NCBI GenBank assembly: GCA_963693365.1
Contig: CAVNZM010000001.1
Location: 11,682,161-11,746,160 of the forward strand
Reading direction: 5' to 3'
From: Amoebidium appalachense
Taxonomy: Eukaryota > Protista > Ichthyosporea
DNA: 64,000 bases
Position 1 is the stretch's first letter; each line of letters opens with the position of its first letter. Both the position numbers and the translations under genes were made by a program. Below, piece after piece: positions 1-26,556 of this stretch. The notes under the pieces are model-generated. The model searched no databases. It saw nothing but the letters and a program-made list of their open reading frames with translations, and was not told the DNA's origin.

Positions 1-186
1 CGAACCAGTTGAAAGGTACTGTGTGCACACCGAGCCATTTTGAAGGTACTGTGTGCATATCGAACTAATTCAAAAGTACAGTGTACACACCAAAACAGTA
101 CAACAAAAGTACTGTGTGCACATCGAACCATTTCAAAAGTACTGCGTGCACACTAAACCAGTCAAAAAAGTACTGTGTGCACACCG
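1..186. repeat. ~30-bp degenerate minisatellite (about 6 copies), intronic
   Basis: Unit of roughly cgaacca-N-aaagtactgtgtgcacac recurs every 30-33 bp. Confidence 0.8.
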
Positions 187-399
187 AAAAAGCAGGTTCG
201 ATTGAAAAGTAGTCAATATGGTAACAAACAAAATGAGACAATGCCACAACCGTGTGTCCTTCTTCTTATTCTTATTATTATCATTATTATTCCTATGACT
301 ATTATTATTATTATAACCTTTTCTTTCTTTCTTTTTTTTTTTTTTTTTTTTTTTTTTTGGGGGGGGGGGGGGGGGGTGGTGGTGGTGGTGTGTGTGTGT

Positions 400-457
<58 letters not shown>

Positions 458-605
458 TTCAGAAAAACTGGATAACACTCATGAAAATGATTCAACACAC
501 GAGCCGCAAACACAACTACACCCCGCAGGCCTCTTGCATTACTCTACTGGAACACTGCAAACACATCAATCAACTGAAATCACGGACAGACAAACGGGGG
601 CATAC

Positions 606-14956
<14,351 letters not shown>

Positions 14957-17159
14957 GGTGCCTGCAGAAAAAAAGAGTGTTGTTCGGTAAACTTCGAAAA
15001 GGAAAGATTGGAAGGGCTAAAAGAAGATGAAAGAAGGAAGAGGGTGTGGTGTGTATGTGTGTTTAGAGACAAGGAAGGAAGGGAGGGAAAGGGTGGGGAG
15101 GGGGTGGGTGGGGGTGGGGGTGGGGGTGGGGGTGGGGGGGGGGGGGGGGGGGGGGGGGGGGGTGCAAGCTGCTGGGTGTGACGAGGGGAGCGGGGACGAA
15201 CGAGGCCAAAAGCACAGCGCAGTGTTCTTACGTGGTGCAGGAAAAGGCGGGAAAGAGAGAGAGAGAGGTAGAGTTGTGGGGCAGAAAACAAATTTGAACG
15301 TGCCGGGTTAACATTTCTTGAACCTATCGTAGGGGGAGGGCGAGGGCAGGAAAGGAAAGGAGAGGGAGGGGCATGGCCGTACAGAAAAAGGAGAGAAAAA
15401 GTGGTACACAGAGAAACATGGGCTGGCGCAGGGGAAAAAAAATAACAGAGAACTTCGCACGCAACAGCGACGATGGGGACGTTTTTTGTCTGTGTCTGTA
15501 TGAGAGGTTTCGTGTAACAGAGCAAAAACACTCCGCTCTGCAAATCCGATTGAACCGTGTTATCTATCTTTCCTGTTGTGAATAAAAAGAATTACAAATT
15601 CCTAAAACTTTCGTAGCAACGGGGGAAAGAATACTGCGTAAAAAGTGCGTGCAACACAGGAATTCCCTCCAAGAAAACAAGGTTTGTTTGCACCTAAACA
15701 GCCTCCGCAAAGACTGCTTTTAAAGCCCAAAATGCACCTCTAACCGAGGCGCCATCAAGTGCTACGTTGGAGGAAGCTGTAAGGTGATATTTCCTGTGTT
15801 TCAAGCACCTGTTATACGGGTATAATTTACCTTAACAACGAAGCCTTCGCTCCACCCAAGCAACGGTTGGCTCAGCTGTCAACCGGACACCAAGAGCTAA
15901 GTAGTAAAAACGCTACTGATGTGTCTCTAATAATCACTGTAATATATACTACCACTGCTATACAAGGGTAAAGAAAGCAAAGCACTTTCTCCTTTATCCC
16001 TTTTACTTCTCCGCTCCTAAACTCCGACCGGGAAAAAAATCCCTCACTGGCGGCTGTTGTGTGCGTGCAAAAGCGAGAGAGAGAGAGATGGTCTTGAAGC
16101 CTCTGGGCCGTGGCGCCAAAACGGTGGACTATTTGCTGTTGTTCACTACTGTACAAATAAGGTAATCCGATCGCTGGGAATAAATCATTGCTCGTGTTGC
16201 CAGGAAGGTTCTATTACAACCAATGACTGCGCTTTGATACTAGCCATTTTAGGTGACTGGTGAAATAGACGCGAAATGTTACAATGTCTGTCACAAAAGC
16301 AGCCGCGGAATTTCGAAAGCCTGCATGCATGAGAGCGGCCCCCGGAGCTTGAGGCCGTGCGAAAGATGCACGCAACTTTGTAGGGGATATCCAAATGACC
16401 GAAACAATGGACAAAGATAAACCTCCTTATCGAATGAGTAAAGCTCCTACTGACAGCCCATTCTGTTTTTTTGAAGTACCCGTGTTTCTGCTGTGATGAC
16501 ATGAACTTGCGCGTATAGACCTACGTGCCTATATTAGTACATCGTAGAGTGGGTTAGTTTTGGAGTGTTGTAGCCCTTGAACAGTTTTGCTTTAACATGA
16601 GGTTAGAAAATAAAAAAATTAAAAATAAAATTACGTCTTAACAAGTACGCCGTACGCTGCTGACAGTGTCAATCTGAAGGTGCTGTTGTGTGTGTTTCTT
16701 GTTGTGTTTTTGTGTTTTTTGGTGGGGACGATGTCGAGCTCGATTTTTGTGTTTTCCCCATGGGTGTGTCCGTATGTGAGATGATCAAGAGCTATTGAGG
16801 CCTATGCAGTGCAGGGGTAGTAAGCACTGTCATGAAATAGTACTTAGGTCTTCAAGGTCCACAACTTTAACTATTTCCTTGACGCAATAATATGTAACAT
16901 ATTCGATGTACACTTTATTCGAGCAGGCTCTGACCTATATATACATAATTGACACTGTTCTCCTATTAAAAGCGCACTTGCTTGGTGTGGTGGGCCCTTG
17001 CTCAGTATATCCTGCAAGGGCTGGATTCTGTCTGCACGTGCACGTTCCCTTGTTTGCACAATCCATTTATTTATGATTTGGTTCCCGAGCATGTACCTGA
17101 GTACAGTGAAAACATGATCGCGCGACTTAGCACGGAAGACAATTGCAAACCACACGGCA

Positions 17160-17205
<46 letters not shown>

Positions 17206-18395
17206 GTTTTGTTCCCGGAGGGCCCTCTAGGGAAACTACCGTCTACCGCACAGCACCGACAGTACACTAGTTAAGGTGCTATCTATGAGTTCAGCTAAGC
17301 TAAACCATCCTTCACAACCTAACTATAAGTACACACTTTGCCCAGGGCTACTAGCCTACTACAATACCCCAGCTGCCAGCCACGCCGGCAGGAGGCTCCA
17401 GTCCTCCCCTCCATTCAAAACCTAGCAATAAACGTTAACCGAGGGCTCTCATTGGTCGATCTACAGTATTGGGAAGTCCTAAGTGTTGTGTATAGTATTT
17501 ACAGGGATGATGGGGTGTGGTGGTGGTGGGGGTGGGGGGTTGCTGCCTAACATTATGTGTTGTTGTACGTATGTTGTGGCGATGTTTTTGTGAACTAAAA
17601 GGTGGGTTTTACAGGGCACACTGGGTCTGTGTGTGTTCCGGCAGTCAGAACAGGCTGGCCGGGTGTGTGGGGTGTGTGTGTCTTGGGTCACTGGGGAGCC
17701 ATACTTTTCTTTCTACGGGTGGTGGGTAGGATCCGAATCGCTCAAGGCCCCCTAAATAGCACACCTATTTAGGAGGCCTTGGAATCGCTCCAACCAGAGT
17801 ACTATATGACGTCATCATATAAAAACGCCTGGCGCAGGGTCAGTTTTGCACGTGTTACTCTCTTTTTCTCACCATTTTACCCTAACGTGACAGGGAACAA
17901 GCACATCACAAAAAAAACGTAGAAAAATTCTTAGCGGGGTAATGGCTTAGTAAGTAATGGTAGGCATTCAACGATTTCGAGCATCAATTCACGGATAACT
18001 TTGTAGTGTTTGCGCACCCCATGACTACAATAATTTCTCGGAATGCTTGTTGGTATGGCTTATTTTGCACTTTACGGGTTCTGGCACAGGGAGGCCATAG
18101 GCCCGAGCCAAGAAGAACGGCAAACTTGTTACAAATGCGTGCCAAAGATGCATACTCTAATACCGTTCACGTTGTTGCTTTTGCACCACAGGTGCATCTT
18201 TCGTTTGAGAAACATTGATATCAGCTTTCAAATTCTTTTTTTTCGGTACACACACTTCAAATAACCCTTTTAGCATCTAGTTACCACAAACAGTTTCGAA
18301 GAAACGAATAAAAACCAAACAAATCACCCCTAATCCGAAAACGACAAATGAGTGTTGCGCAATGTACAGAAACTGACCAGTGGGCAGAAGGTACT

Positions 18396-19275
18396 TTAAC
18401 GTGTAGTGTTTCTGCGTGATCGTACCGGGCCTGTGTTTGTGTTGACTTGGGTGCGTGTGCGTGGAGGAACACCATATGTGATGTGGTTTTCGAAGCATGC
18501 ACTTGTTTGATCATTGCAGAGAAACACATTACACTTGATGCAGTAGGTATGTGTCTGTGGCATTCCCCTTTGTTCCTCAAGCAGAGAACACATCTACCTT
18601 TTCTTTCTTTTCTGGCACGCTGGTGTCCGTGTAGAGCATGGGGGGCAGGAGCAGCAGGGGGAAGGGGGTATTCTAGTGCAGGCAGGTGGGGGTTGCATAT
18701 GAGTGCTTCTGCTAGCTCACACCTTGTGTCCATCCTCGTGTTTGTGGATTTGCCAAAGTATCTGTATGCAAAGTGTACGTTTGCTACTACAAACCCCAGA
18801 AGCCCCCCAAAGGTGCGGAGTTGGTGACGTTTAGTGCCCAAGGCTTCGTCCACAGAGCCGTTTAACATTCGTGTTTTGTTGAATATATCGGCCATGTTGT
18901 AGTTTTCGAAGTATTCTTCGACTGCTTTCGGTTGGGGGACGTCATTTCCGTTTCGTGATTTTTTTTTCGGTTGAGTACTTGAACATGAGGTGATCACTTT
19001 CATACTGTAGTTCCGAATGTTCCAGCCATGTAAATCCACATACCAAACCACCTAAGTAGCTCACCCGGGGTTAAGTCAACCCAATTTTTGTAACGTGCAC
19101 GACCTACTTCGTTTGTGAGTGGAATGACTACTGTGAAGAGATACTCCATAGGCATGAAGTGTTCAAACAAACACAGAACACTCTTGCGCTTGTTTAGTGC
19201 TAGTGGAATGGTTGGTTTTCTGCGTGGGGCTGTTCTTTTGTCAAGTACTTGCTCATCTGGAATGGTCCATTGCAA
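18396..19275 (-). pseudogene. piggyBac-superfamily transposase remnant, internally deleted and frameshifted
   Basis: N-terminal block LFEHFMP..TN..W..LTPGELLRWFGMWIYM (19275-19000) joins directly to C-terminal blocks PKAVEEYFENYNMAD and GFVVANVHFAY, then the Cys-rich domain RCVLC...YCIKCNVFLC...CFENH (frameshift near 18560). Most of the DDD core is missing. Possible terminus ATAA|CCCTTT at 18261-18270. Confidence 0.75.
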
Positions 19276-20269
19276 GGTGCACGTGGGGTCGGTGGGGGTA
19301 GGTAACTCTACTTGTTCATCTACAAGTTCTATCTCATCTTCACTCTCACTGTCTGTGACAGGAATCTCTACTTGTTGGATGTCTCCATCTGGATCTTAAT
19401 CACTATCACTCTCTAGCTCGCTACTTGTGTGTTCACTGTCTTCTTCATCTATTAAAGTTAGCTGATTGCGCAGAACTACTTCTGTGGTACCGTCAAAATC
19501 AAACTTTACTTTCCATTCACTGTCTTCGTTTGCCTTGCATCATTTCACTACTGTGCCTACCAGTATTTGTGTGTCCCAGCTCAGGTCGAACTTCTTGTAA
19601 GACCAACGTGTGGTGTCATCTGTGAAATCTTCCCCCTGAACCCCGTCAAATATGTATGCAAAACAACAGACACGAGCTCCAGAATAAAGTGGCTCTATTG
19701 GGTCTAATGTTTCGGCCATGTTGGGCGCTCATCTTTCACATGAAATCCATGGCTTGTTGTGTTCGCGGACCAAGCAAGTTTCGTCCGTTTGATCATGAAT
19801 CATGTTGTTGTCGAGCATGAATTCAAAAACTTGCAACAGCGTCGGCAACCAATAAAAGCTAGGGAAAGCCTTGTTAGTTACCGTACCAAAGACAAAAAAG
19901 GTGTAAACTTATGTTTTCTTACTGGCTGTACAAAAAAAAGCGTGCTCCTGGGCCCCAATAGCTCGCGGTATCCTTCCGAAACAAGCATTCCTAAAGTACT
20001 GCTTGCTTCATTCCGATTGGTTGTCACACCACGGGGTTTCCCGATTGTTCTTCGAATGACATTTTTTATCACTATCAGACAGTTCTCCAATATTAGAACA
20101 GAAAACGGTCTATACCCAGATGGCCAGATGGCCAGGTCAAATTCAGTGTGTGAAAAGAAGGTGGATAAAACGGGATAAAACGGGGAGCCAAAATGACCTG
20201 GCCATCTGGCCATGTGGCCATGGAATCTCTATATCTAAAAATAGCTGCCACTGCGCCGGGGCCTGGTTC

Positions 20270-20850
20270 CGGGAGGCAGGGGGGCAGGGGGGCAGGGGTG
20301 GCAGGGGGACACTCACTGCCACCACTGGGGGCCTGGTTCCGGGAGGCAGGGGGGCAGGGGGGCAGAGGAGGCAGAGGAGGCAGAGGAGGCAGAGGAGGCA
20401 GAGGAGGCAGAGGAGGCAGAGGAGCAGGCGAGACTGGCATGCCCCTCACGGGGGAGGGATTTGTGTGTGCTTATTAAGACACTCACTGCCACCACTGGGG
20501 GCCTGGTTCCGGCAGGAGGGGGGGCAGGGGGGGGGGAGGGGGGCAGGGGGGCAGGGGGGGGGAGGGGGGCAGGGGGGGGCACACGTGCAGGGAGGCAGGG
20601 GGCACACGTGCAGGGAGGCAGGGGGGGCAGGGGGGGCACACGTGCAGGGAGGCAGGGGGCACACGTGCAGGGAGGCAGGGGGGCACACGTGCAGGGAGGC
20701 AGGGGGGCACACGTGCAGGGAGGCAGGGGGGCAGGGGGGGCACACGTGCAGGGAGGCAGGGGGGCAGGGGGGGCACACGTGCAGGGAGGCAGGGGGGCAC
20801 ACGTGCAGGGAGGCAGGGGGGGCAGGGGGGGGGAGGGGGGGGGGGGGGGG
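20270..20850. repeat. GC-rich subterminal repeats: 9-bp gcagaggag array and ~22-bp ggggcacacgtgcagggaggca array
   Basis: Visible tandem units, each 22-mer containing CACGTG. Mirrored at ~57985-58600. Confidence 0.85.
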
Positions 20851-20880
20851 GGTGGATAAATGTTGTGTGTGCATATGTAT

Positions 20881-21690
20881 GTTGGTGCCAAGAGGCAGCG
20901 CCCTACACGTGTGGTGTCTAAACAGCCTGTAGGCATGCTCCGTGTGCAGGCACCAATTTCTACCCTCTTCTGGTTGGTGCCAAGAGGCAGCGCCCTACAC
21001 GCGTGGTGTCTAAACAGCCTATAGGCATGCTTCGTGTGCAGGCACCAATTTCTACCCTCTTCTGGTTGGTGCCAAGAGGCAGCGCCCTACACGCGTGGTG
21101 TCTAAACAGCCTATAGGCATGCTCCGTGTGCAGGCACCAATTTCTACCCTCTTCTGGTTGGTGCCAAGAGGCAGCGCCCTACACATGTGGTGTCTAAACA
21201 GCCTATAGGCATGCTCCGTGTGCAGGCACCAATTTTCTACCCTCTTCTGGTTGGTGCCAAGAGGCAGCGCCCTACACATGTGGTGTCTAAACAGCCTATA
21301 GGCATGCTCCGTGTGCAGGCACCAATTTCTACCCTCTTCTGGTTGGTGCCAAGAGGCAGCGCCCTACACGCGTGGTGTCTAAACAGCCTATAGGCATGCT
21401 TCGTGTGCAGGCACCAATTTCTACCCTCTTCTGGTTGGTGCCAAGAGGCAGCGCCCTACACGTGTGGTGTCTAAACAGCCTATAGGCATGCTCCGTGTGC
21501 AGGCACCAATTTCTACCCTCTTCTGGTTGGTGCCAAGAGGCAGCGCCCTACACATGTGGTGTCTAAACAGCCTATAGGCATGCTCCGTGTGCAGGCACCA
21601 ATTTCTACCCTCTTCTGGTTGGTGCCAAGAGGCAGCGCCCTACACATGTGGTGTCTAAACAGCCTATAGGCATGCTCCGTGTGCAGGCAC
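20881..21690. repeat. 92-bp tandem array, ~9 copies
   Basis: Unit gttggtgccaagaggcagcgccctacacgtgtggtgtctaaacagcctataggcatgctccgtgtgcaggcaccaatttctaccctcttctg starts at 20881, 20973, 21065 and so on, with no spacers. Confidence 0.95.
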
Positions 21691-21989
21691 TAATTTGTTG
21701 TGCATTCCTTTTTTGGTTAGATCTATACCCGGCCAATGGTCAGCAGCCACGGGTTTGTTTTCATCAAGCTTAGACGTGATACTTTGCCAATCATCAAGGC
21801 CGTTTGAGTGACAATGACCGTTGATTGGACAGATCTATCCCATTGAACCTTGGCACCATTGCTGAAAGCTGCTTTGTACCGTGGCATATAAAAGCAGCAC
21901 ACACGGTCACGTTCACTCATTTCAACACTGACACTCAATAGTAAAAGGCGACACACAACAAACTTGTTTTTCAAACACTCACACGAAAC

Positions 21990-23153
21990 ATGGATTCTTT
22001 GAAAGAGGAGCTTCAACAGCTGCAGAAGCGCTTTGATTTTCTGTACACGGACCATTCGTCCCGCTTAACGGCCCTGCACACCGACCTCATCAGCCTCCGC
22101 AGTCAAGTGACCAATGAGAATGCTGCGCGTACGCCCCGACCCCCCCAACCCCAGCCCTCTGATGTAGAGGCACGACTGAGGGCAGCCGAAGAGCAGATCA
22201 AGACCCTGCAGGCCGAGCTTGCCAGCCTGCAACGGGCTGCAGCACCCCGCCGGGATGGCCAGGTGGCCTATGAAAACTACATTTTCAGTGGCCCTCGCAA
22301 GACTACCCCTGCCGCCAACACCACCACTGTGACTGCTGACCCCACCCCTGCCGCCAACACCACCACTGTGACTGCCCCCACCCCTGCCGCAAAGACCACC
22401 CCTGTGACTGCCCCCACCCCTGTCGCAAAGACCACCCCTGTGACTGCCCCCACCCCTGTTGCAAAGACCACCCCTGTGACTGCCCCCACCCCTGCCGCCA
22501 AAACCGCCCCTGCCAAGGCCACCCCTACCACCAAGACCACTCCTGCCAAGACCACCCCTACCACCAAGACCACTCCTGCCAAGACCACCCCTACCACCAA
22601 GACCACTCCTGCCAAGACCACCCCTGCCGCTAAGCCCAGGCCCAAGCACACCAAAACACCTGAGACTTCGTTGCATGACCATACGATGGACCTCGATGCA
22701 CAGCTAACTAGTGTGAGGGGGGAGCTCCAGAATGCTCGAGAGCGTGTCAAAGAGGCAAAGGCGGCTGAAGATGAAATAGCGGAGGGCCTGGCCCTTGCTG
22801 CTGTGTGTGCCGCCCAAAACACCATAAAAAGCATCCGAAGGAAGATTCTGCGACGGGAGAAGAACTTGAAGGCATACACAGGTGGTAATGAGTCTGTCTC
22901 TTCACCTGCCTCACCCGCCAAACGCGTCCATGATCAATGTGATTGGGACTCAGATGAAGCATTCAACCCCAAGCGGCTCAAACGACGGGCAAATCAGGTA
23001 CTCGATGATATGACAGATGACGAATCTGCGTCTGATCGTGAGTCGGTCTTGTATGACCACAAACCTGAACCCAAACATAAACAAACTGAAGAAATTCCCC
23101 TCATTGATCTTGACCAGGAAGAGTTTGACCAGTATGAGCATGAGATGTACTGA
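21990..23153 (+). CDS. Hypothetical 387-aa coiled-coil protein with Pro/Thr/Ala/Lys repeat linker, NLS-like PKRLKRR and acidic tail
   Basis: Long ATG ORF with TATAAAA at ~21887 and heptad-like segments. Confidence 0.75.
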   Translation: MDSLKEELQQLQKRFDFLYTDHSSRLTALHTDLISLRSQVTNENAARTPRPPQPQPSDVEARLRAAEEQIKTLQAELASLQRAAAPRRDGQVAYENYIFSGPRKTTPAANTTTVTADPTPAANTTTVTAPTPAAKTTPVTAPTPVAKTTPVTAPTPVAKTTPVTAPTPAAKTAPAKATPTTKTTPAKTTPTTKTTPAKTTPTTKTTPAKTTPAAKPRPKHTKTPETSLHDHTMDLDAQLTSVRGELQNARERVKEAKAAEDEIAEGLALAAVCAAQNTIKSIRRKILRREKNLKAYTGGNESVSSPASPAKRVHDQCDWDSDEAFNPKRLKRRANQVLDDMTDDESASDRESVLYDHKPEPKHKQTEEIPLIDLDQEEFDQYEHEMY

Positions 23154-23557
23154 TTTGATTGGTCGACTAAGTGGCATTCTCTTTTGATTTGTATTTGAAT
23201 TGATCGGTCTTGATTTATTTGTTTCTTTTCTCTTTTAGTTTGTATTTGAATATACTCGGTCCAAGTTGATTTGTTCTTTGTAATCTGACTAGACTATCAT
23301 GTACGTACTTACTCTTTTTCTATACAATCACTTGTGTTCATATTAAAGGATTCTGTGTACGTGGACCACGGAAACATACACCATTTTTTGCAGTGCTTCA
23401 TGCTATAAAATAACCATGAGAGACACAAACAAATACACTAAGTGTGTACACGTCTACCCATAGGCCCAAGTGTTGACATGTCTGCCCACAGTTCCCTAAA
23501 GCTTAAAGCACACATCTGCCTGTATGCCATAAACTTTACTTTCACCACAAGACACCC

Positions 23558-24095
23558 ACCTAAGTACACTCTGCACCACCCTAAGTACACTGTGGTGCAC
23601 AGCCCCACCCTAAGTACACGTCTGCACCACCCTAAGTACACGTCTGCACCACCCTAAGTACACGTCTGCACCACCCTAAGTACACGTCTGCACCACCCTA
23701 AGTACACGTCTGCACCACCCTAAGTACACGTCTGCACCACCCTAAGTACACGTCTGCACCACCCTAAGTACACGTCTGCACCACCCTAAGTACACGTCTG
23801 CACCACCCTAAGTTCACGTCTGCACCACCCTAAGTACCTCTACACCATCCTAAGTACACGTCTGCACAGCCACCCTTTAAGTACACGTCTGCACAGCCCC
23901 ACCCTTTAAGTACACGTCTGCACAGCCCCACCCTTTAAGTACACGTCTGCACAGCCCCATCCTTTAAGTACACGTCTGCACCACCCTAAGTACACGTCTG
24001 CACCACCCTAAGTACACGTCTGCACCACCCTAAGTACACTCTGCACAGCCCCACCCTTTAAGTACACGTCTGCACAGCCCCACCCTAAGTACACT
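23558..24095. repeat. 22-bp minisatellite (ccctaagtacacgtctgcacca)
   Basis: More than 20 tandem units between two convergent ORFs. Confidence 0.95.
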
Positions 24096-24173
24096 CAATG
24101 TTAAGTACATCTGCACACAAGCACTAGAATAGCCTGAGGCTACTCTCTAATAGCGGCCCCTTTTTTCACCGTG

Positions 24174-24884
24174 TCAAGGCCTGTTGGTATCTCCGTCTGA
24201 AGACTCGGAAGACGCGCCCTCCTCAGAGCCTGGCGGCTGTCTCCGTCTCCGCCCCAGTTTGAAGACCCTCAAACAAGCTTTAGTTATCGGAGACAGAGGC
24301 TCCCCCTCCGACCCAGAGCTGCTGGCTTCACTGGCTCGTGCCCTTTTCTGCTGTCCCCGTGTCAAGGTCTTGGACTCGGAAGACGAATACTCCTCAGAAG
24401 ACGAGTACTCCTCATGTTCTGACCGCCGTCCCCGTGTCAAGGTCTTGTACCAAGCTAACGCGGCCCGAGACACAGGCACTCCTGGAGGAAGGTAATCCAA
24501 CTCCGACCCAGAGCTACTGACTTTCTCTCGTGTCCTCTTCTGCTGTCTTCGTGGTTTCTCCCGTGTCTTGGACCCCTGTGTGATGTGCAAACGTGAGCGC
24601 TGCAGGGGCTGGGGGGCCAAGTCCACGGGATAGGAGCTGCCATGCTCGCCAGCACGAAGTGCAGGTGCCGCTGCCAGGACAGGGGGTGCCACGGTTGCTG
24701 CTGGGGGTGCCACGGTTGCTGCTGTAGTGGTGCGCGAAGCCATGCGGGTGTGCCTAGCAAGGGCGCGCGCGAAACGGGCCTGGGTGTCCCGCAGGGCCTT
24801 TGCATCCTCCTCCAAAGTCTTGAGTCTTGTCTCTATTTTTTCAGCGCGCCTTCCTAGATCTTTGATGTCATCTTTAGAACTCAT
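24174..24884 (-). CDS. Hypothetical protein with N-terminal coiled coil and Ser/Glu/Arg-rich repeats
   Basis: ATG ORF (MSSKDD...) with TATAAAA at ~24970-24976 on the minus strand and a CCAAT-rich upstream region. Confidence 0.65.
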   Translation of the reverse strand: MSSKDDIKDLGRRAEKIETRLKTLEEDAKALRDTQARFARALARHTRMASRTTTAATVAPPAATVAPPVLAAAPALRAGEHGSSYPVDLAPQPLQRSRLHITQGSKTREKPRRQQKRTREKVSSSGSELDYLPPGVPVSRAALAWYKTLTRGRRSEHEEYSSSEEYSSSESKTLTRGQQKRARASEASSSGSEGEPLSPITKACLRVFKLGRRRRQPPGSEEGASSESSDGDTNRP

Positions 24885-25840
24885 TTTCGGGACAGTTGGA
24901 TGTACGTTGTGTGCCAAGGGAGAAGCTAGCTAACATGGAAAAGGTGTGTGGATTGAAGAGAGTATGGGCTTTTATATGCCGTGCCCGGCTTTGGCATCAG
25001 ATGCTTTATTGCATTAGATTGGTTGGATATACCCCAGCCGCGACGCTTGATTGGATCTAGAGATCGCGTGAACATCTGATTGGCTAATTGTCATTTGGGC
25101 ATCTTGGTGTATCCGATAAGTTGGGGCTCAACCAAATCTGCTGACTGATTGATGAATTCTGATTGGATCAACAAGAGCATGTTTTGACTTGAGAATTGTC
25201 ATTTTGACAGATTGGATTGTAATCCGATCTTTGCAACTTGGCCGTCAGTGTTTGAACACAATGTATTTTGATGTAGCAACTCCTAAAAAAACACGAATAT
25301 GCTTCCCAACAATTACGAGCATTATTCTGTCTATCAGGGATACAAAAATTGGTCAGGAAAAGTACACAATCACATGGTGCTGACAGATTGCGCACGATGT
25401 CAACTGATAGCGAATCGGTGCACTGCCTGCTGGGAACCACATGTCACTTTTTGAGCAGCACTTGGGAAACTCGCGCTCACGTGGATCCAATACTTATACA
25501 CCAATCAGAAGTGTGCGCACAAAAAGGGGTCCGCGCTGGATACAAATGGCTTGGGTGTGTGTGTGTGTGTGTGTTTTATTTTGCATTGTGTAAGGGGCGC
25601 TTTTTTTTGTTCACACTGCTTTACTTCGTGTAAATAATCAGTGGCGAGTTTTTTTAGTTCACGGTGTGTTTGCGCATCATAGGATTTTGCTTTATTTTGC
25701 ACTGTGTAAGAGGGACGGTTTTTTTGGGTCACACTTTTGCTTCGTAAAAATAAGAGGGACGTTTTTTTTTTGTTCACACTGCTTTTCTTCGTGGATAGAA
25801 AAACTAAACACCTCCTGCCCAACCGGCTGCAAACGACACA

Positions 25841-26185
25841 ATGGATGAAACAGATACACAGCGCCAAGATGCACACACCAAGCAGCTGCAAGAGACCAAC
25901 AAGATGCTGAAGGAGGCCAACGAGGGGCTGCACGGGCTGATCCAGCAGCTGAGGGAGTTGAACAACGACATGGACAAGGACAACGACGCGCTGCGCACAA
26001 TTAACAAGAACCAGCGGGAGGTGATCAAGGGCCTGCAAGAGGAGCGCAACAAGGTGTGCGAAGAGAACAAGAATTTGGTGGTGGAGAACCAAGAGCTGCA
26101 GCTGGAAAACGACAAGCTGAAGAAGCAAAAGGACTTTCTACGGGCCTGTCTCATACGGCTGGGCCAGTCCGCTAAGACTCCATGA
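25841..26185 (+). CDS. Hypothetical 114-aa coiled-coil protein
   Basis: ATG ORF with heptad periodicity and strongly G/C-ending codons. Confidence 0.7.
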   Translation: MDETDTQRQDAHTKQLQETNKMLKEANEGLHGLIQQLRELNNDMDKDNDALRTINKNQREVIKGLQEERNKVCEENKNLVVENQELQLENDKLKKQKDFLRACLIRLGQSAKTP

Positions 26186-26253
26186 AACGGATTGATACAA
26201 TCATGAGGGATAACACTTGCGAGTGATTTCATTCTGTTACTTAGTATGTATTA

Positions 26254-26556
26254 ACGTCTAAGCTTGATGAAAACAAACCCGTGGCTGCTAACCATTGGCC
26301 GGGTATAGATCTAACCAAAAAAGGAAGGCACAACAAATTAGTGCCCTGCACACGGAGCATGCCTATAGGCTGTTTAGACACCACACGTGTAGAGCACTGC
26401 CTCTTGGCACCAACCAGAAGAGGGTAGAAATCAGTGCCCTGCACACAGAGCATGCCTATAGGCTGTTTAGACACCACACGTGTAGGGCACTGCCTCTTGG
26501 CACCAACCAGAAGAGGGTAGAAATCAGTGCCCTGCACACGGGGCATGCCTATAGGC
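26254..26556. repeat. Inverted ~300-bp copy of 21478-21777 (about 2.3 units of the 92/93-bp repeat plus its unique flank)
   Basis: acgtctaagcttgatgaaaacaaacccgtgg... is the reverse complement of 21691-21777 and continues into 93-bp variants of the repeat. Confidence 0.92.

Noticed and set aside
17935-18022. tRNA-like sequence (GGGGT...TGGCTTAGT...GCACCCCA)
   Set aside because: No convincing cloverleaf, anticodon arm or T-loop GTTCRA.
20093-20936. Long Gly/Pro/Cys-rich ORFs (also 57906-58764)
   Set aside because: Open in several frames only because the GC-rich tandem repeats lack stop codons.
20881-21690. 92-bp array (and its copy ~700 bp from Fanzor) as a CRISPR-like guide array
   Set aside because: Units are contiguous and nearly identical with no unique spacers, lie outside the IS607 ends and do not resemble the omegaRNA scaffold.
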